Origin: Mobula hypostoma
Taxonomy: Eukaryota
Assembly: GCF_963921235.1 (NCBI RefSeq)
Contig: NC_086101.1
Coordinates: 31,868,001 to 31,932,000 of the forward strand
Length of the DNA stretch: 64,000 bases
Direction: 5' to 3'
Shown: positions 51,018-63,240 of the stretch, one piece after another
Layout: each line of letters opens with the position of its first letter
Position numbering within the stretch: position 1 is the first letter of the stretch
Program-made: the position numbers and the translations under genes
The notes under the pieces: generated by a model
Told to the model about the DNA's origin: nothing
Database searches by the model: none
The model's input: the letters and a program-made list of their open reading frames with translations, nothing else

Positions 51018-51044
51018 TTTTGGTGGGATTGTAGCCTTTGTTCC
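51018..51044 (-). CDS. Class I gene A cytoplasmic exon 1
   Basis: 27 bp, catcag|GG...A|GTAAG, encoding (G)NKGYNPTK with the conserved cytoplasmic Tyr. Confidence 0.85.
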
Positions 51045-52247
51045 CTGATGAAAAACAGCCTGCTGTAAAACACAGAGACAGTCTGTGAGAACAGTCCCAC
51101 ATCCCCAGCTTATAACCAGATAGATTCATCTCCTGCCCAGTGAGCTCTGAATTCCAATCAAACAGAACTTGAGGTACAAGTTGTGAAAGGAGACACATCC
51201 AACAGGATCAGTGTGGCCCCAACTCATTGCAAGGCCATGAGACAGAACAAAGCTGGTGTGTGACAGAGTGGTCAGTGGGAGATTTGGAGTGACCATTTAC
51301 CCTAATACTGACCCTGACCCTGGTCAGGTTCACCAGGTATGGATGCACACGGTAATGAAAGGCTCAGGTGGGGCAGGTAGGAGGAACTGATTTCCCGGAG
51401 CAGAGGAGTCCAAGATCAGAATCTGTCAGTGAGGAGCAAGAAACTGGAAGTGACCGGAGGAAGGAATGTTTCACCCAAACCCAGAGGGTGGCTGGAATCG
51501 AACACACTGTCTGCAGGAACGGTGAAGGCAGACTCTCATATCATTGAAGATAGACTGAGGCAGGTAAGTCAGAGAGGGCGAGAAAATAGGATCAGAGTAT
51601 ACAGGTACATGTGATCATTAATGGCATGTCAGGCCGAAGGATCTAATTCCATACAGTCAGACTCGATGACTCATGCACTGGGGAAAGTAGAAAACAAAGT
51701 TTCCATTCATCGATGAGATGATAAGAGGCTTAGATAAAGTGGACAGCCAACCTTTTTTTAACCAGGGAAGTAATGCCTAATACCAAAGAACATCCCTGTA
51801 AGGTGATAGAAGGGAAGTACAGGGGCGCAGATGTCAGAGGGGTGTGTGGAACACTGCTCGGGGTGGTGGTCGAAGCTGACACATTAAGGACGTTTAAGAG
51901 GCTCATGAATGAAAGAAAAATGGGGGGTTTGTGGGAGGGAATGGTTAGATTGACAGTGGAGTAGTTTAAGAGGGCAGCACAACTTTGTGGGCCAGAGGCT
52001 GGTACTGTGCTATACTGTTTTGTGCTCCATGACCCTGCACTTAGAGGCAGTGAGTGGTAGAGACAACATGGATACTGTCATACTGAGAGAAGGAAAAGTG
52101 ACGGGGAATGGGGGGTGAAGACAGGCAGCACTGGATGTGGGTACCCTTGGGTGTAGAAACGCAAGGGTACTGGGATGGGGTTCGCTGAGGAATACACCCT
52201 GCCCAAGCCCCCTTCCCCAGGGGAAGTCCAACTCCCTCCAGTCCTAC

Positions 52248-52349
52248 CTTTCTTTTTGTAGGCAACACCAATAGCGATGACCACCACCAGGATCACCAGG
52301 ACCACAACTATAGCGATGATCCAGATTGGGATGGAGTTGGGCTTCGGAT
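52248..52349 (-). CDS. Class I gene A transmembrane exon
   Basis: 102 bp, tag|AT...G|GTAGG, encoding PKPNSIPIWIIAIVVVLVILVVVIAIGVAYKKK. Confidence 0.92.
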
Positions 52350-52645
52350 CTATTGGTGATTCAGAGAAACAGTCACATCAGTGACAGAGACAGTGTTAAC
52401 CCCGATTCTCCTTCACCAACCCCACCCACACCCTCCCATCCCACCAACCACCCTGTCTCAGAAACACGGATTTCTCCCCCTGTCCTCTCCTGGGCCTGTG
52501 GTCAGCAGTGACCCCTCACTGTGCTCTTGGACCAGAGGTCAACAGTGACCCCTCACCATCACAGCTCCCAGCCCTGGGCCAGTGGTCAGCCAAGCCCCCT
52601 CCCTCTCACTGCCCATGTACCGCCCCACCAGTGAGTGTCTCTTAC

Positions 52646-52909
52646 CCGGGAAGGGCAGGGAGGGCTCGGGGAGACCCCGGTGTTCCACCCGACAGGAGAA
52701 CTTTGCTGTGTCCGTGGGCTCCACCCGCACCGTCCTGGTCAGCTGGTAGGTGTTGTCGTGATTGGGGAGGATCCCGTGGGAATGGATCTCCTCCAGGATC
52801 CGGCCGTCCTGCTGAATAGTCACATCAATGGACTGAGGGTAGAAGCCAGTGGCCACACAGGAGAGGTGGCGGCCGTCCTCAGAGGTGGTGAACGAGACTT
52901 CGGGGGGAT
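52646..52909 (-). CDS. Class I gene A alpha3 exon
   Basis: 264 bp, intact sites, PPEVSFTTSEDGRHLSCVATGFYP...FSCRVEHRGLPEP. Confidence 0.95.
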
Positions 52910-52939
52910 CTGGGGTGGGAGAGAAAGCAGTGAGTGGGG

Positions 52940-54030
52940 GCAGGAAGGGAGGAAGAGGAGATGGTGAAGGGGGTTGTAGGGGAGGGCAAAGGGGGAGAGG
53001 CAATGCAAGGGGGAGGTAACGGCAAGTGGGGAGGGGAATCAGCAGGGGAGGAGAGAGCAAGGGGGTGGAGAGGAAATGATGAGGGGGAGAGGAAACAGGA
53101 AGAGAGGAAGGGAAACCGTGAGGGGGGAAGAGGTTAAAGGCAAGGTGGAGAGGAGATGGCGAGTTGGGAGAGGAAATGGAGAGGGGCAGAGAGGGGACAG
53201 CGAGAAGGGGGAGAGGAGATGGTGGGTGGGGGAGAGGACATGAGGTGGGGTGAGGGGAATCTGCAATGGGGAAAGGGAGATGACGGAGGGAGGAGACGGT
53301 GGGGTGAGGGGAGAGGAGACAGGGATGAGGGGAGGTTGGTGAGTACGGGAGGGGAAATGGCGAGGGGATGAAGAGGAAGCAGTGAGGGGGCAGAGGGGCA
53401 AGGGGGAAAGCAGACAGCGGGGGGAATGGTGAGCAGGCGAGGAGGCAGCAAGGGGGGAGAGGAGACAGTGAGAAGGGGGGAAAGGAGACAGTGAGAAGGG
53501 AAGGGGAGAGGGTGAGGGGGCAGAGAGGAGACTGTGAAAGGGGAGAGGAGGAGGTGCGGGGCAGAGGGCGACGGGGAAGAGCAGACATGCGGGGGGTGAG
53601 GAGTCAGCGAAGGGGTGAAGAGGTGACGGTGAAAGTGGGAGAGGAGGGGGAGGGGGAGAAGGAAAGGGCAATTGGGGAGAGGAGACGGTGAGGGGGGAGA
53701 GGAAAGAGCGAGGAGTGGGAGAGGGAGGGGGTTGAGGGGGCAAGGGGGGAGGGGACAGGGAACACGGAGACGATTGGGGGGCAACCTGATGGGGAGCGAG
53801 GAGATAGAGGTTGAAGACACGGGAGGTGAAGAGACAGGGAAGAAAGGCACAGAGGTGAGGAGGCAAGGGATGAAGAGATGAGGTGAGGAGATTGAGGCGA
53901 GGAAATGAGGATGAATAGACAGAGGCCAAGGGGACGAGGGTGCAAAGAGACAAGGCGTGATCAGATGGGGAGCGTGGAGAGGAAGTGTGAGGGGACGTCA
54001 AAGGGAGGGGCGAGGAGATGGCGATGGGGT
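52940..54030. repeat. Purine-rich (G/A on +) low-complexity tract, intron 3 of gene A
   Basis: Long GGGGAGAGGAGA-type tract; intron is 1172 bp versus 222 bp in the B cassettes. Confidence 0.85.
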
Positions 54031-54081
54031 GGGGGGGGAGCTCTCCCAGACACACATTTCTCCACCACAACCCCCACTCAC

Positions 54082-54354
54082 TGGGTTTCAGGTGACTCTC
54101 CCCGGCCTTGACGTATCTCGTCAGCCATTCGATGCACTCCTGCTCCAGGTATCCCTTCCAATAGTGGTTCCTGGCCGTGTTCCGATCCCACTTGTCCTTG
54201 ATGATCTGACCCCAGGGCACAGGGGTCACCCACACCATCCGGTCCTTGTCGAAGGCGATGAAGTCTAACCCGTCCCAAGCGTACCGATTGAACCCGGTGG
54301 TGGTTCCGTCGTCACGGAGCTCACAGCCGTACATCTGCTGCCAAATGTGGATCC
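54082..54354 (-). CDS. Class I gene A alpha2 exon
   Basis: 273 bp; IHIWQQMYGCEL...YAWDGLDFIAFD...IIKDKWD...YLEQECIEWLTRY. Confidence 0.95.
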
Positions 54355-54439
54355 CTGCAACAAACTGTCTGTCAGGGGGAGGAGGATACAACTTCCCCAT
54401 CCTGTAAATCCTCACAGTCACCCCTACACAATCGTAAAC

Positions 54440-55830
54440 TCACCCCACCCATCAAACATTCCCCACCGTCACCCCCACTCATCCAACATTCCCCACCGTC
54501 ACCCCCCCACCCATTGAACATTCCCCACAGTCAACCCAACACATCGAACATTCCCCACCGTCACCACCCCCCCACCCATCGAACATTCCCCACCGTCATC
54601 CCCCACCCATCAAACATACCCCACCGTCACCCCCACACCCATCGAACATTCCCCACCGTCACTCCCACCCATCGAACATTCCCCACCGTCACCCCCCCAC
54701 CCATCGAACACTCCCCACTGTCACCCCCCAATCAAACATTCCCCACCGTCACCCCCCACCCATCGAACACTCCCCACCGTCACCCCCACCCATCAAACAT
54801 TCCCCACAGTCACCCCCCCACCCATCAAACATACCCCACCGTCATCCGCCCACCCATCGCATATTCCTCACAGTCACCCCCCGCCCATCGAACATTCCCC
54901 ATAGTCACCACCCCCACCCATCAAATATTCCCCACAATCACACCCCCACCCATCGAACATTCCCTACCGTCAACCCCCCCACCCATCGAACATTCCCCAT
55001 CGAACATTCCCCACCGTCACCCCCACCCATTGAACATTCCCCACAGTCACCCCCCACCCATCGAACATTCCCCACAGTCACCCCCACCCATCTAACATTC
55101 CCCAACGTCACCCCCCCACCCATCGAACATTCCCCAGCGTCACCCCCATCGAAAATTCCCCACCGTCACCCCCACCCATCGAACATTTACTACTGTAACC
55201 CCCCACCCATCGAACACTCCCCACCGTCAACCCCCACCCATCAAACATTCCCCACAGTCAACCCCCCCCACCCATGAACATTCCCCACCATCACCCCCCA
55301 TCAAACATTCCCCACCGTCACCCCCGCCCATCGAACATTCCCCACCGTCACCCCCCATCGAACATTCCCCACAGTCACCCCCACCCATCGAACATTCCCC
55401 ACCGTCATCCCCCACCCATCAAACATACCCCACTGTCATCCCCCCACCCATTGAATATTCCCCACCGTCAACCCACCGATCAAACATACCCTACCGTCAC
55501 CCCCACACCCATCGAACATTCCCCACCGTCATTCCCCCACCCATCGAACATTCCCCACTGTCACCCCCCACCCATCGAACATTCCCCACCATCACCCCCA
55601 CCCATCGAACATTCCCCACCGTCACCCCCACCCATCAAATATTCCCCACCGTCACCCCCACCCATCGAATTTTCCCCACCGTCATGCCCCACCCATCGAA
55701 CATTCCCCACTGTCACCCCCCCACCCATCGAACATTCCCCACCGTCACCCCCACCCATCGAACATTTACTACTAACCCCCAACACATCGAACACTCCCCA
55801 CCGTCACCCCCCATCAAACATTCCCCATCA
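54440..55830. repeat. ~27-28 bp minisatellite in intron 2 of gene A
   Basis: Dozens of CCCCCACCCATCGAACATTCCCCACCGTCA units. Confidence 0.92.
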
Positions 55831-56839
55831 TTCCTGGCTGATGTCCACGCACTTGCGCAGTCGTACCCTGATCGAACTGCTGAAGAAATATTGCATGGAC
55901 CCTACCCTCACGCCCACACAGTCCCTACTGTCACCCCCACATGGTCCCCACCATTGCTCCTACACCTACACCTATCAGACAGTTCCTACTGTCACTTCTA
56001 CCACACATCAGACAGTCCGTACACACCAGACCCACCACCCTCACACAATCCCCTCCATGACAATCTTACCACACCACGATCCCTACCATTACCTCCCCAA
56101 CCCATGGTCACAAGTAACCCCCTCCCCCCATCCCTAATATTACCCACCGACCCACACCCATCCCCGCCTCCACACTGCTTCGACTGTCACCTCCCTCCCT
56201 TCCCCCACATGGTGTCAGCGGTGACTCACACCCCACCCCCAGTACAGTCTCCACCACCACCCTCCTATTGCCTGGTCCCTACTATCACCCTGGGACTCCC
56301 ACTCCTGCACAGTTCTCATCATCATTCCCCACCCCACCCCCGTACGGTCCCATCCATCACCCCTTCCCCACCCACACATGGCCCTTCCCCCCACCCCTGC
56401 ATCATCATCCACCACCACATCCCTGGCCCCTACCATCACGCCCACACAATCCCTACCATCGCTCCCCCACCCGCACTGATCACCCACTGTAACACCCTTC
56501 CCCCACCCCCACCCAGTCCCCACCATCACCCCTCATCCGCCCTCACTCACATTCCTTTCCGTCACTCCTTGACCACCTCCACACAGGCCCTACCATCATC
56601 CCCTAGGTCCTCACTTCCGCAGGTCCCTATAGTCACCCCCACCCCCAAAGTCCCTGCTGTCACCCCCTCCCCCCACCCCTGCACAGTCCCGACTATCACC
56701 CCACCATTCCCACCCCCGTAAAATCCCCACAAGCCCCTCCCATCGCCCCTCACCCGAGTGGTCTTTCCGTCACTCCCTAACCCCCACACCCGTGCAGACC
56801 CTGCAGCCACTGCTTCCCCCAACATTGTTCACCACTCAC

Positions 56840-57100
56840 CCCCTGTCTGGTTGGTCTGGCTCATCACGGTCCGGATGTTGGCCTTGGAAACCTGCTCATT
56901 GCCCTGAAAGTGCCGTGTCTCCCGTTCCCAGTAGTCAGGTCCCTGACTCTCCGCCATCCACTGCTGACGGGGAACCGTCCGTCTCAACACACTGTCGTAG
57001 TAAACGATCTGCTCCTCGTCCACGTACCCAAGCACAGTAAACTCAGGGACCCCCGACCCTGGGGTCACTGCCATAGTGAAATAACGGAGAGAGTGAGAGC
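56840..57100 (-). CDS. Class I gene A alpha1 exon
   Basis: 261 bp; SHSLRYFTMAVTPGSGVPEFTVLGYVD...GPDYWERET...MSQTNQTG. Confidence 0.95.
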
Positions 57101-57899
57101 CTGAAATTGGAGCAGAGAGTCAGAGTGGCTGGGAGTCCAGGTTCCGAGGGGGAGCCATTTCTGAAACCAGCACCCTGAGACACTGGGGTCCAACCCCACC
57201 CCTCTGAGAGAATCAGGATCCCAAACCCGGTGAACCAGGACTGACTCCTCATCCCGAGGCATGGGAGCCCCACCTGAAGATAGTGGGGGTGAAATCCCTG
57301 ATCACATCCGCAGTTCCCCGAAGGAGCTGTGGTGTCCCGGACCGAGCGATGGAGCGGGATTATGGAACAGGACACATTCACCAGGACCAGACGGGGTTAA
57401 ATCATCAGTGTGTCTCTCTGAGGTCAGGGTAAGTGTCTCTGGGCGGATGGGGAGGTGCTCAGTGCAGGTGGGAACACTTCCAGTCACGGTCAGCAATAGT
57501 CTGTGCTCCCTCCCTGGTTTAGTTTCTCCCTGCTGTCAGTGGAGAGAGCAGCTGAGAACTTGCACCAAGTTCCCCACCAGTAGCAGCACTCTTCCAGCTC
57601 CTGTAGAGTGCTTCTCACTTCACCTCTGACCCACAGTGACTCCTGGGTACAGGGAGGTGCTCCTGGGATTACTGACAGGATGTCCAGAGGGTGGGGCTAT
57701 TACACCTCCCACAAGAGGGTGACCTCTGTCCCATGTGCCGCTGTCTCTGGAAAACCACGTTCAAAGCAGAGACAGGATCTAACTGTACGACACATTCTCC
57801 ATTGATGGACAGGACGTCGCTCAGTCGACAGAACCAGAGGCAACAGTGGGACAGGCAGTTATTGTACTCAATTGCTCCTTATACTCCCAAACAGCCTTT

Positions 57900-59060
57900 C
57901 ACTCCCAGAATCATTCTTATGACACTCCTCTGAACCCACCCCAATGTCTGCACGTACTTTCTTAAAAAAAGGAGCCCAGAACTGCTCACAATACTCCAAG
58001 TGAGGCTCACCAGTGTCTTATAAAGCCTCAACATTACATCCTTGCTTTTATATTCTAGTCCTCCACCTATCTTTGTATCATTCACAAACTTGACCGCAAA
58101 CCATCAATTCCAAATCAGTGACATACCATGTAAAGAGAAGCCATCCCAAAACTGACTCTTACAGAACATAACTAGTCACCAGCAGCCAAACAGAAAATGC
58201 TTCCTTCAGTCCTACACTTCGCCTCCTGCCAATCAGCCCTTGCTCTATCCACGCTCATATCTTTCCCGTAATACAATGTATCTTATTAATCAGCCGTTGT
58301 CAAAGGCTTTCTGAAAATCCAGGAGCACAACATCCACCAATTCTCATTTGTCTTTCCTACTTGTTATGCACCTCAACAAGATCACCCCTCATGCTCCTAA
58401 ACTCCAAGGTCAGTGCCAAGCTGCCCAGTCACTCTTCATAACCGTCCCTCCAGTTCAGGCAACATGCTCATAAATCACCTCTGCTATTTTACAGTTTAAT
58501 GGCATCTTTCCTGAAGCAGGATGACCAAAATAGATGACAATACTCCAAATGAATCCACATTAACGTTCTGCAAATAACGAATCAACTTCTACACTCAGTG
58601 CCTTGACTGATGAAGGCCTAACTGCCCAAACCTTTCTTCACCACCCTACCTACCTGTGATGCCACTGTCAGGGAATTATGTATTTTTACACCGAGGTACC
58701 TCTTCTAACTGGCTGGTGGTGTAGTGGCGTCAGCACCGATCCTGAGTTCGAATCCTGCTGGCTCCCAACCTGGGCAGCAGCTGTATTTGTGCGGAAGAAA
58801 GGCCTGGCAATCAGCTTCCATACCTTACTATGAAAACCTTACAGACAATTACACTATCTATAGGGTCGCAATGACTCGACGGCTCTCAACAACAACCTCT
58901 TCTAAAACACTCCAAACCATTCACCATGAAAGTCGTACCTGGATTTGACTTTCTAATTGCAAAACATAATACTCATCTGAATTAATTGAACCATTTGCCC
59001 TGTTGATCAAGATGCCACTGTAATTTTTGATAATCTTCTTCTGGAAGGGCCGTTCCAGCC
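57900..59060 (-). mobile_element. CR1 fragments in intron 1 of gene A
   Basis: GLEYKSKDVMLRLYKTLV etc.; paralogous to about 12000-13300. Confidence 0.7.
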
Positions 59061-59129
59061 CTCTGAGTTACACCACCGGCTACCCCTGATTTTAATCTGA
59101 GCCTAAACCTAATCATGGGGCAATTTACA

Positions 59130-60095
59130 ATGACCACTGGATGGACTCTATCAAGACACTTGACAAGGTCCTGCATGGCAGATTGGTCAAGAAGGTTCAG
59201 TCACTCAGCATTCAGGATGAGGTAGTGAAATGGATTAGACATTGGCTTTGTAGGAGAAAACTGAGAGTGGTAGTAGATGGTTACCTCTCTGACTAGAGGC
59301 CTGTGACTAGGGTGGTGTGTGCAGAGATCGGTGTTGTATCCATTGTTGTTTGTCATCATGTGGTTAATAATGTGGTTAATTGGATCAGCAAATCTGCAGA
59401 TGACACCAAGACTGGGCACTGAGGAGTGTGGTTGAACAAAAGGATCTGGGAATGCAGGTCCATAGTTCATTGAAAGTGGCATCACAAGTAGATCGGGTTG
59501 TAAAGAAAGCAAAGTATTGAGTATGGGAGATGAGATGTTATGTTGAAATTGTACAAGGCATTGGTGTAATTTAGAATACAGTTTTGGCCACCTACCTACA
59601 GGAAAGATGTAAATAGAATTGAAAGAAAAATTGTAAGGACGTTACTGGGTCTGGAGGATCTGAGTCAGAAAGAAAGATTGATTAGGTTAGGACTTCATTC
59701 CTTGCAATGTAGAAGATCGAAGGGAGGTTTGATAGAGGTATAGAGAATTATAAGCAGTATAGATAGGGTAAATGCAGGAAGGCTTTTCCCGCTGAGGTTG
59801 GTTGGGACTACAACCAGAGGTCATAGGTTAAGGGTGAAAGGTGAAAAGATTAAGGGGAACATGTGGGGAATTCTTCACTCAGTGGGCGATAAGAGTGTAG
59901 AATGAGCTGCCTGCAGGAGTGAGGCAATGCGAACTCAATGTCAATGTTTAACATGTTTTGGATTGGTACATGGATGGTAGGTGAATAGAGGGCTATTGTC
60001 CCAGTGCAGGTCAATGGGAATAGCAGTTGAAATGGTTCAGCATGGACTAGATGGGCTGAAAGGCCCATTTCTGAGCTGTACTTTTCTATGGCTCT
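59130..60095 (+). mobile_element. CR1 LINE 3' fragment
   Basis: TLDKVLHGRLVKKV, SKSADDTK and a CR1-type 3' UTR. Confidence 0.7.
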
Positions 60096-60589
60096 GTATC
60101 TTTGGACTGTAGGAAGAAACCGGAGCATCTGGAGAAGACCCACACAATCCTCGGAAAGAATGTACAAACTCCTTACAGAGGAGACCAGGATTGAACTCCA
60201 AATTCTGACACCCTGAGCTGTGATAATGCCACGCTAACCGCTACACTACTATGGCAGGCAGCGCCATAGATCAGTGTGCAACGTGTTGCGATACTGGGCA
60301 TTTCAATATAAAGAAAGAGCCAGTGATAAACCTAGGTTATAGAGAGAGGCAAGAGAAAAGATTGCTGGGGCCCAGACAAAAATATTTGTATCTCTACTAA
60401 GTACAGGTGTGCTTTTGAATAATTGTTCCTTTGTTCAAGAAGAGGAAGTCCTGGTAACTACGGGGCAGAGAGTCTCATATCAGAAGTAGGGAAGCGATTG
60501 GCAAAAAAAAACAAAAGGACTTATGTAAATTTAGAAAGTCAGAGTCTGATCAGAGAAATTCAATAGGGCTCTGTGGAAATCCTGCCTCA

Positions 60590-61750
60590 CTAACTTCAAC
60601 ATTTTGTGAGGTGGTTATGAAGGCAGGGTGGGAGATGTTGAGTATATGACCTGGATAAGACATTTGACAAGGATTTCATGTTGGTCTGGATCAGAAAAAG
60701 ATGGCAGATGAGATCAGGGAAACTGGCCATCTGGTTAGGTGATTGGAGGCAGAGGATGAAGGCTTGCTTTGCTGATTGGATGTCTGTGACCAGTGCTGTA
60801 CCATAGGGATCAGTGCCGTGACCTTCCTTGTTTACAATATACAATAATGACTTGTATGCAAATTGGAGATTTCATAAGTAACTTTGCAGATGACATGAAA
60901 ATTGGTGGTGTGGTTATGGAGAAGTTTGTCTAAGGCTGCAGAAGGATACACTGTAGATGTGATAGAAAGTTGTGCAGTGTGTTGAATGATGGAAGTTAAT
61001 TCCATCAAGTGTAAGGGTACGGGGTAGGACACATACAATAAATAGTAGGGCATTGGAAAATGTCAATTTGAGGCTCAAATCCATAGTTCCTTGAAAGTAG
61101 CAAGGTGGTGTAGAAGGCATATGCTATTCCAGTCCTCAACGGTCAGGGCACAGAATACAGGAGTTGGGAAATCATAGATTCATATAGCGCTGAAACACAT
61201 CCATATGGCTCAATTCAACCATGTCAGCAAAGGTTCCTCCCTGAGCTAATCCTTTTGACCGTGTTAGGCCCATATCCTACTAGCCTGTGACATGTACCTG
61301 CCAAAACATCTTTTAAACATTGTAAATATATCCTCCTCTACCACTTTCCCAAGTAGCTCATTCCATATACTCAACAGCCTCAGGTCCCCCTTATATCCTT
61401 CCCTCCTCATCTTTACCTACGTATGTCCTCCAACCCTTGGAAAAAGACTGTGACCATCCACTTTACCTTTGCCCCACATGATTTTATAAACATCCATAAA
61501 GTCACCCCTCTCTCTCCTTCACTCCATGGAAAATAGTCACAACCTCTCCAATCACTCCTTGTAACTCAAGTTCTCCAGTTCTGGTAACTGTATGTGAATC
61601 TTGTCTGCACCATTTCTAGGTTAATTGCATCCTTCCTATAGCTGGGTGACTAAACAATATTTCCAAATGCATTCTCATCAATGTCTTATACAGCTGTAAC
61701 ATAACATCTCAGCTCTTATACTCAGTAACATGACCAATGAAGGAAAATAT
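60590..61750. mobile_element. Old CR1 fragments in both orientations
   Basis: FADDMKIGG-like motif at about 60885-60905 (+); CR1 3'-end sequence in reverse at about 61190-61750. Confidence 0.55.
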
Positions 61751-62149
61751 GCCAAACTCTTTATTCACCTTTGCATAAGCAGTTCGCTAGCACTAACGGT
61801 AATAGAGACGCTTAGCGTGCTTTTGATGAAAAAGCGAGCCGGTAGTTAGATAGTGGTGAAGTTGTTGTAGGCCTAACAAGGTGGGACCAGGAGTCACTTT
61901 GTGGTGTATCTTACTGGTGGAGAAAGTGAAATTATCAGGGAATGCAAATCTAGAAAGTCCAAAGAAGGTGCAAGTACACATTAAGTGTTAGGCACTATCT
62001 GTACATCGGGAACAAAGTAGGAATAGTAGTATAAATAGTAGCTTACTTTTAAGACTATCAATAAATATAATCACTTAATCTTCATTATTTCTTTCCCCTA
62101 AAAGAATAAAAATGCAGCCTCTGCAATGTCAGTCTGGTCTTATGTTCGG

Positions 62150-63050
62150 ATTCATGGAAAATTACTCCCCTGGAGAGTTCATATGTAAGAAACATCAGTT
62201 AATTCAACAACTCTGGAACACACTGATTGAACTTGAGGAGGAGGTAGCTGACCTGTGATGTTGTAGGGAATTGGCAGACGTGCTCCAGATGTCCTTTAGG
62301 GAGATAGTGTACACCTGAAGAGAGCCATGGGTTGAGACTCCAGACCAGAAAGAACGAGACGGGTGGGTGACCGTGGGAAGGAAGTTCAGAGTAAGAATGC
62401 ACGGTGTCCAGGAGCATCAACTCCAGACTTGGAAGTGTCCAACCATTTTGAACATCTAGTGATGCTCCACGACAACCATGGAACCTCTGTGGTGGTAAGG
62501 TGGACAGACTGTCTCTAACCCTAAACCTAAACCCCGTAAAATGAAAGTAGTGGTAGTAGGGACTCAGTTATCGGGGAGGTGGGGGGTGGGTGTTATTGAG
62601 AATCAGGTGTGTACTGACAAGGGGTCCTGTACCAGAAGCACAAGTAGGAGACCTCCCTGGATGAGTAGATATGCGGCTGGCCGGAGCTGGGATGGATCCA
62701 ATCGTCATTGTCCACACCAGAACAAATGACACTGGTAAGGGCCGGCTGTCAGTTCTGCAAGACAAATTTAAAGAGTTAGGTGGGATGCTCATGGACAGAA
62801 CTGACCAAGTGGACTTCTCAAAAGTTCTGCTGTGCCACACGCCAGTCCAGCTAAGATGGAGGAGATTAGAAGATTTAACATGTGGCTCAAATCATGGTGT
62901 AGATTAGAAGACCATAGGCTTATGGGACATTGGGGCATCTTTTGAGGAAAATGAAACCTGCACCACTGGGACAGGTTGCACTTGAAGTGAAGGGGCACTA
63001 GAGTACGGGGCAGACGTATGCTTCGGTTAGTTGAGGACTGTTTAAACTAG
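62150..63050 (+). mobile_element. Degraded CR1 ORF1 (zinc finger/esterase) fragment
   Basis: FICKKH.L.QQL, MKVVVVGTQL, MDPIVIVHTRTND.GK. Confidence 0.55.
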
Positions 63051-63240
63051 AGAATGGGTTGGGGGTGGTGCGGACGGGGAACTTCAGACAGGCCAGGCTC
63101 AACTGTTTAAACACCTCAGTGGAGAATCACATATCAGGGCATAAGCCGATTATAGGCTTCAAAAATATAAACATGGGTCAGAATTGAATGAAAAATATCA
63201 GGTAATGGACGAAGGATGGCCTGTATAAATGCAATAAATA

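Noticed and set aside
52539-56825. Long Pro/Ser/His-rich or Gly/Arg-rich ORFs
   Set aside because: Translations of intronic minisatellite and low-complexity DNA; the same applies to the ORFs at 1140-2478 and 4430-6278.
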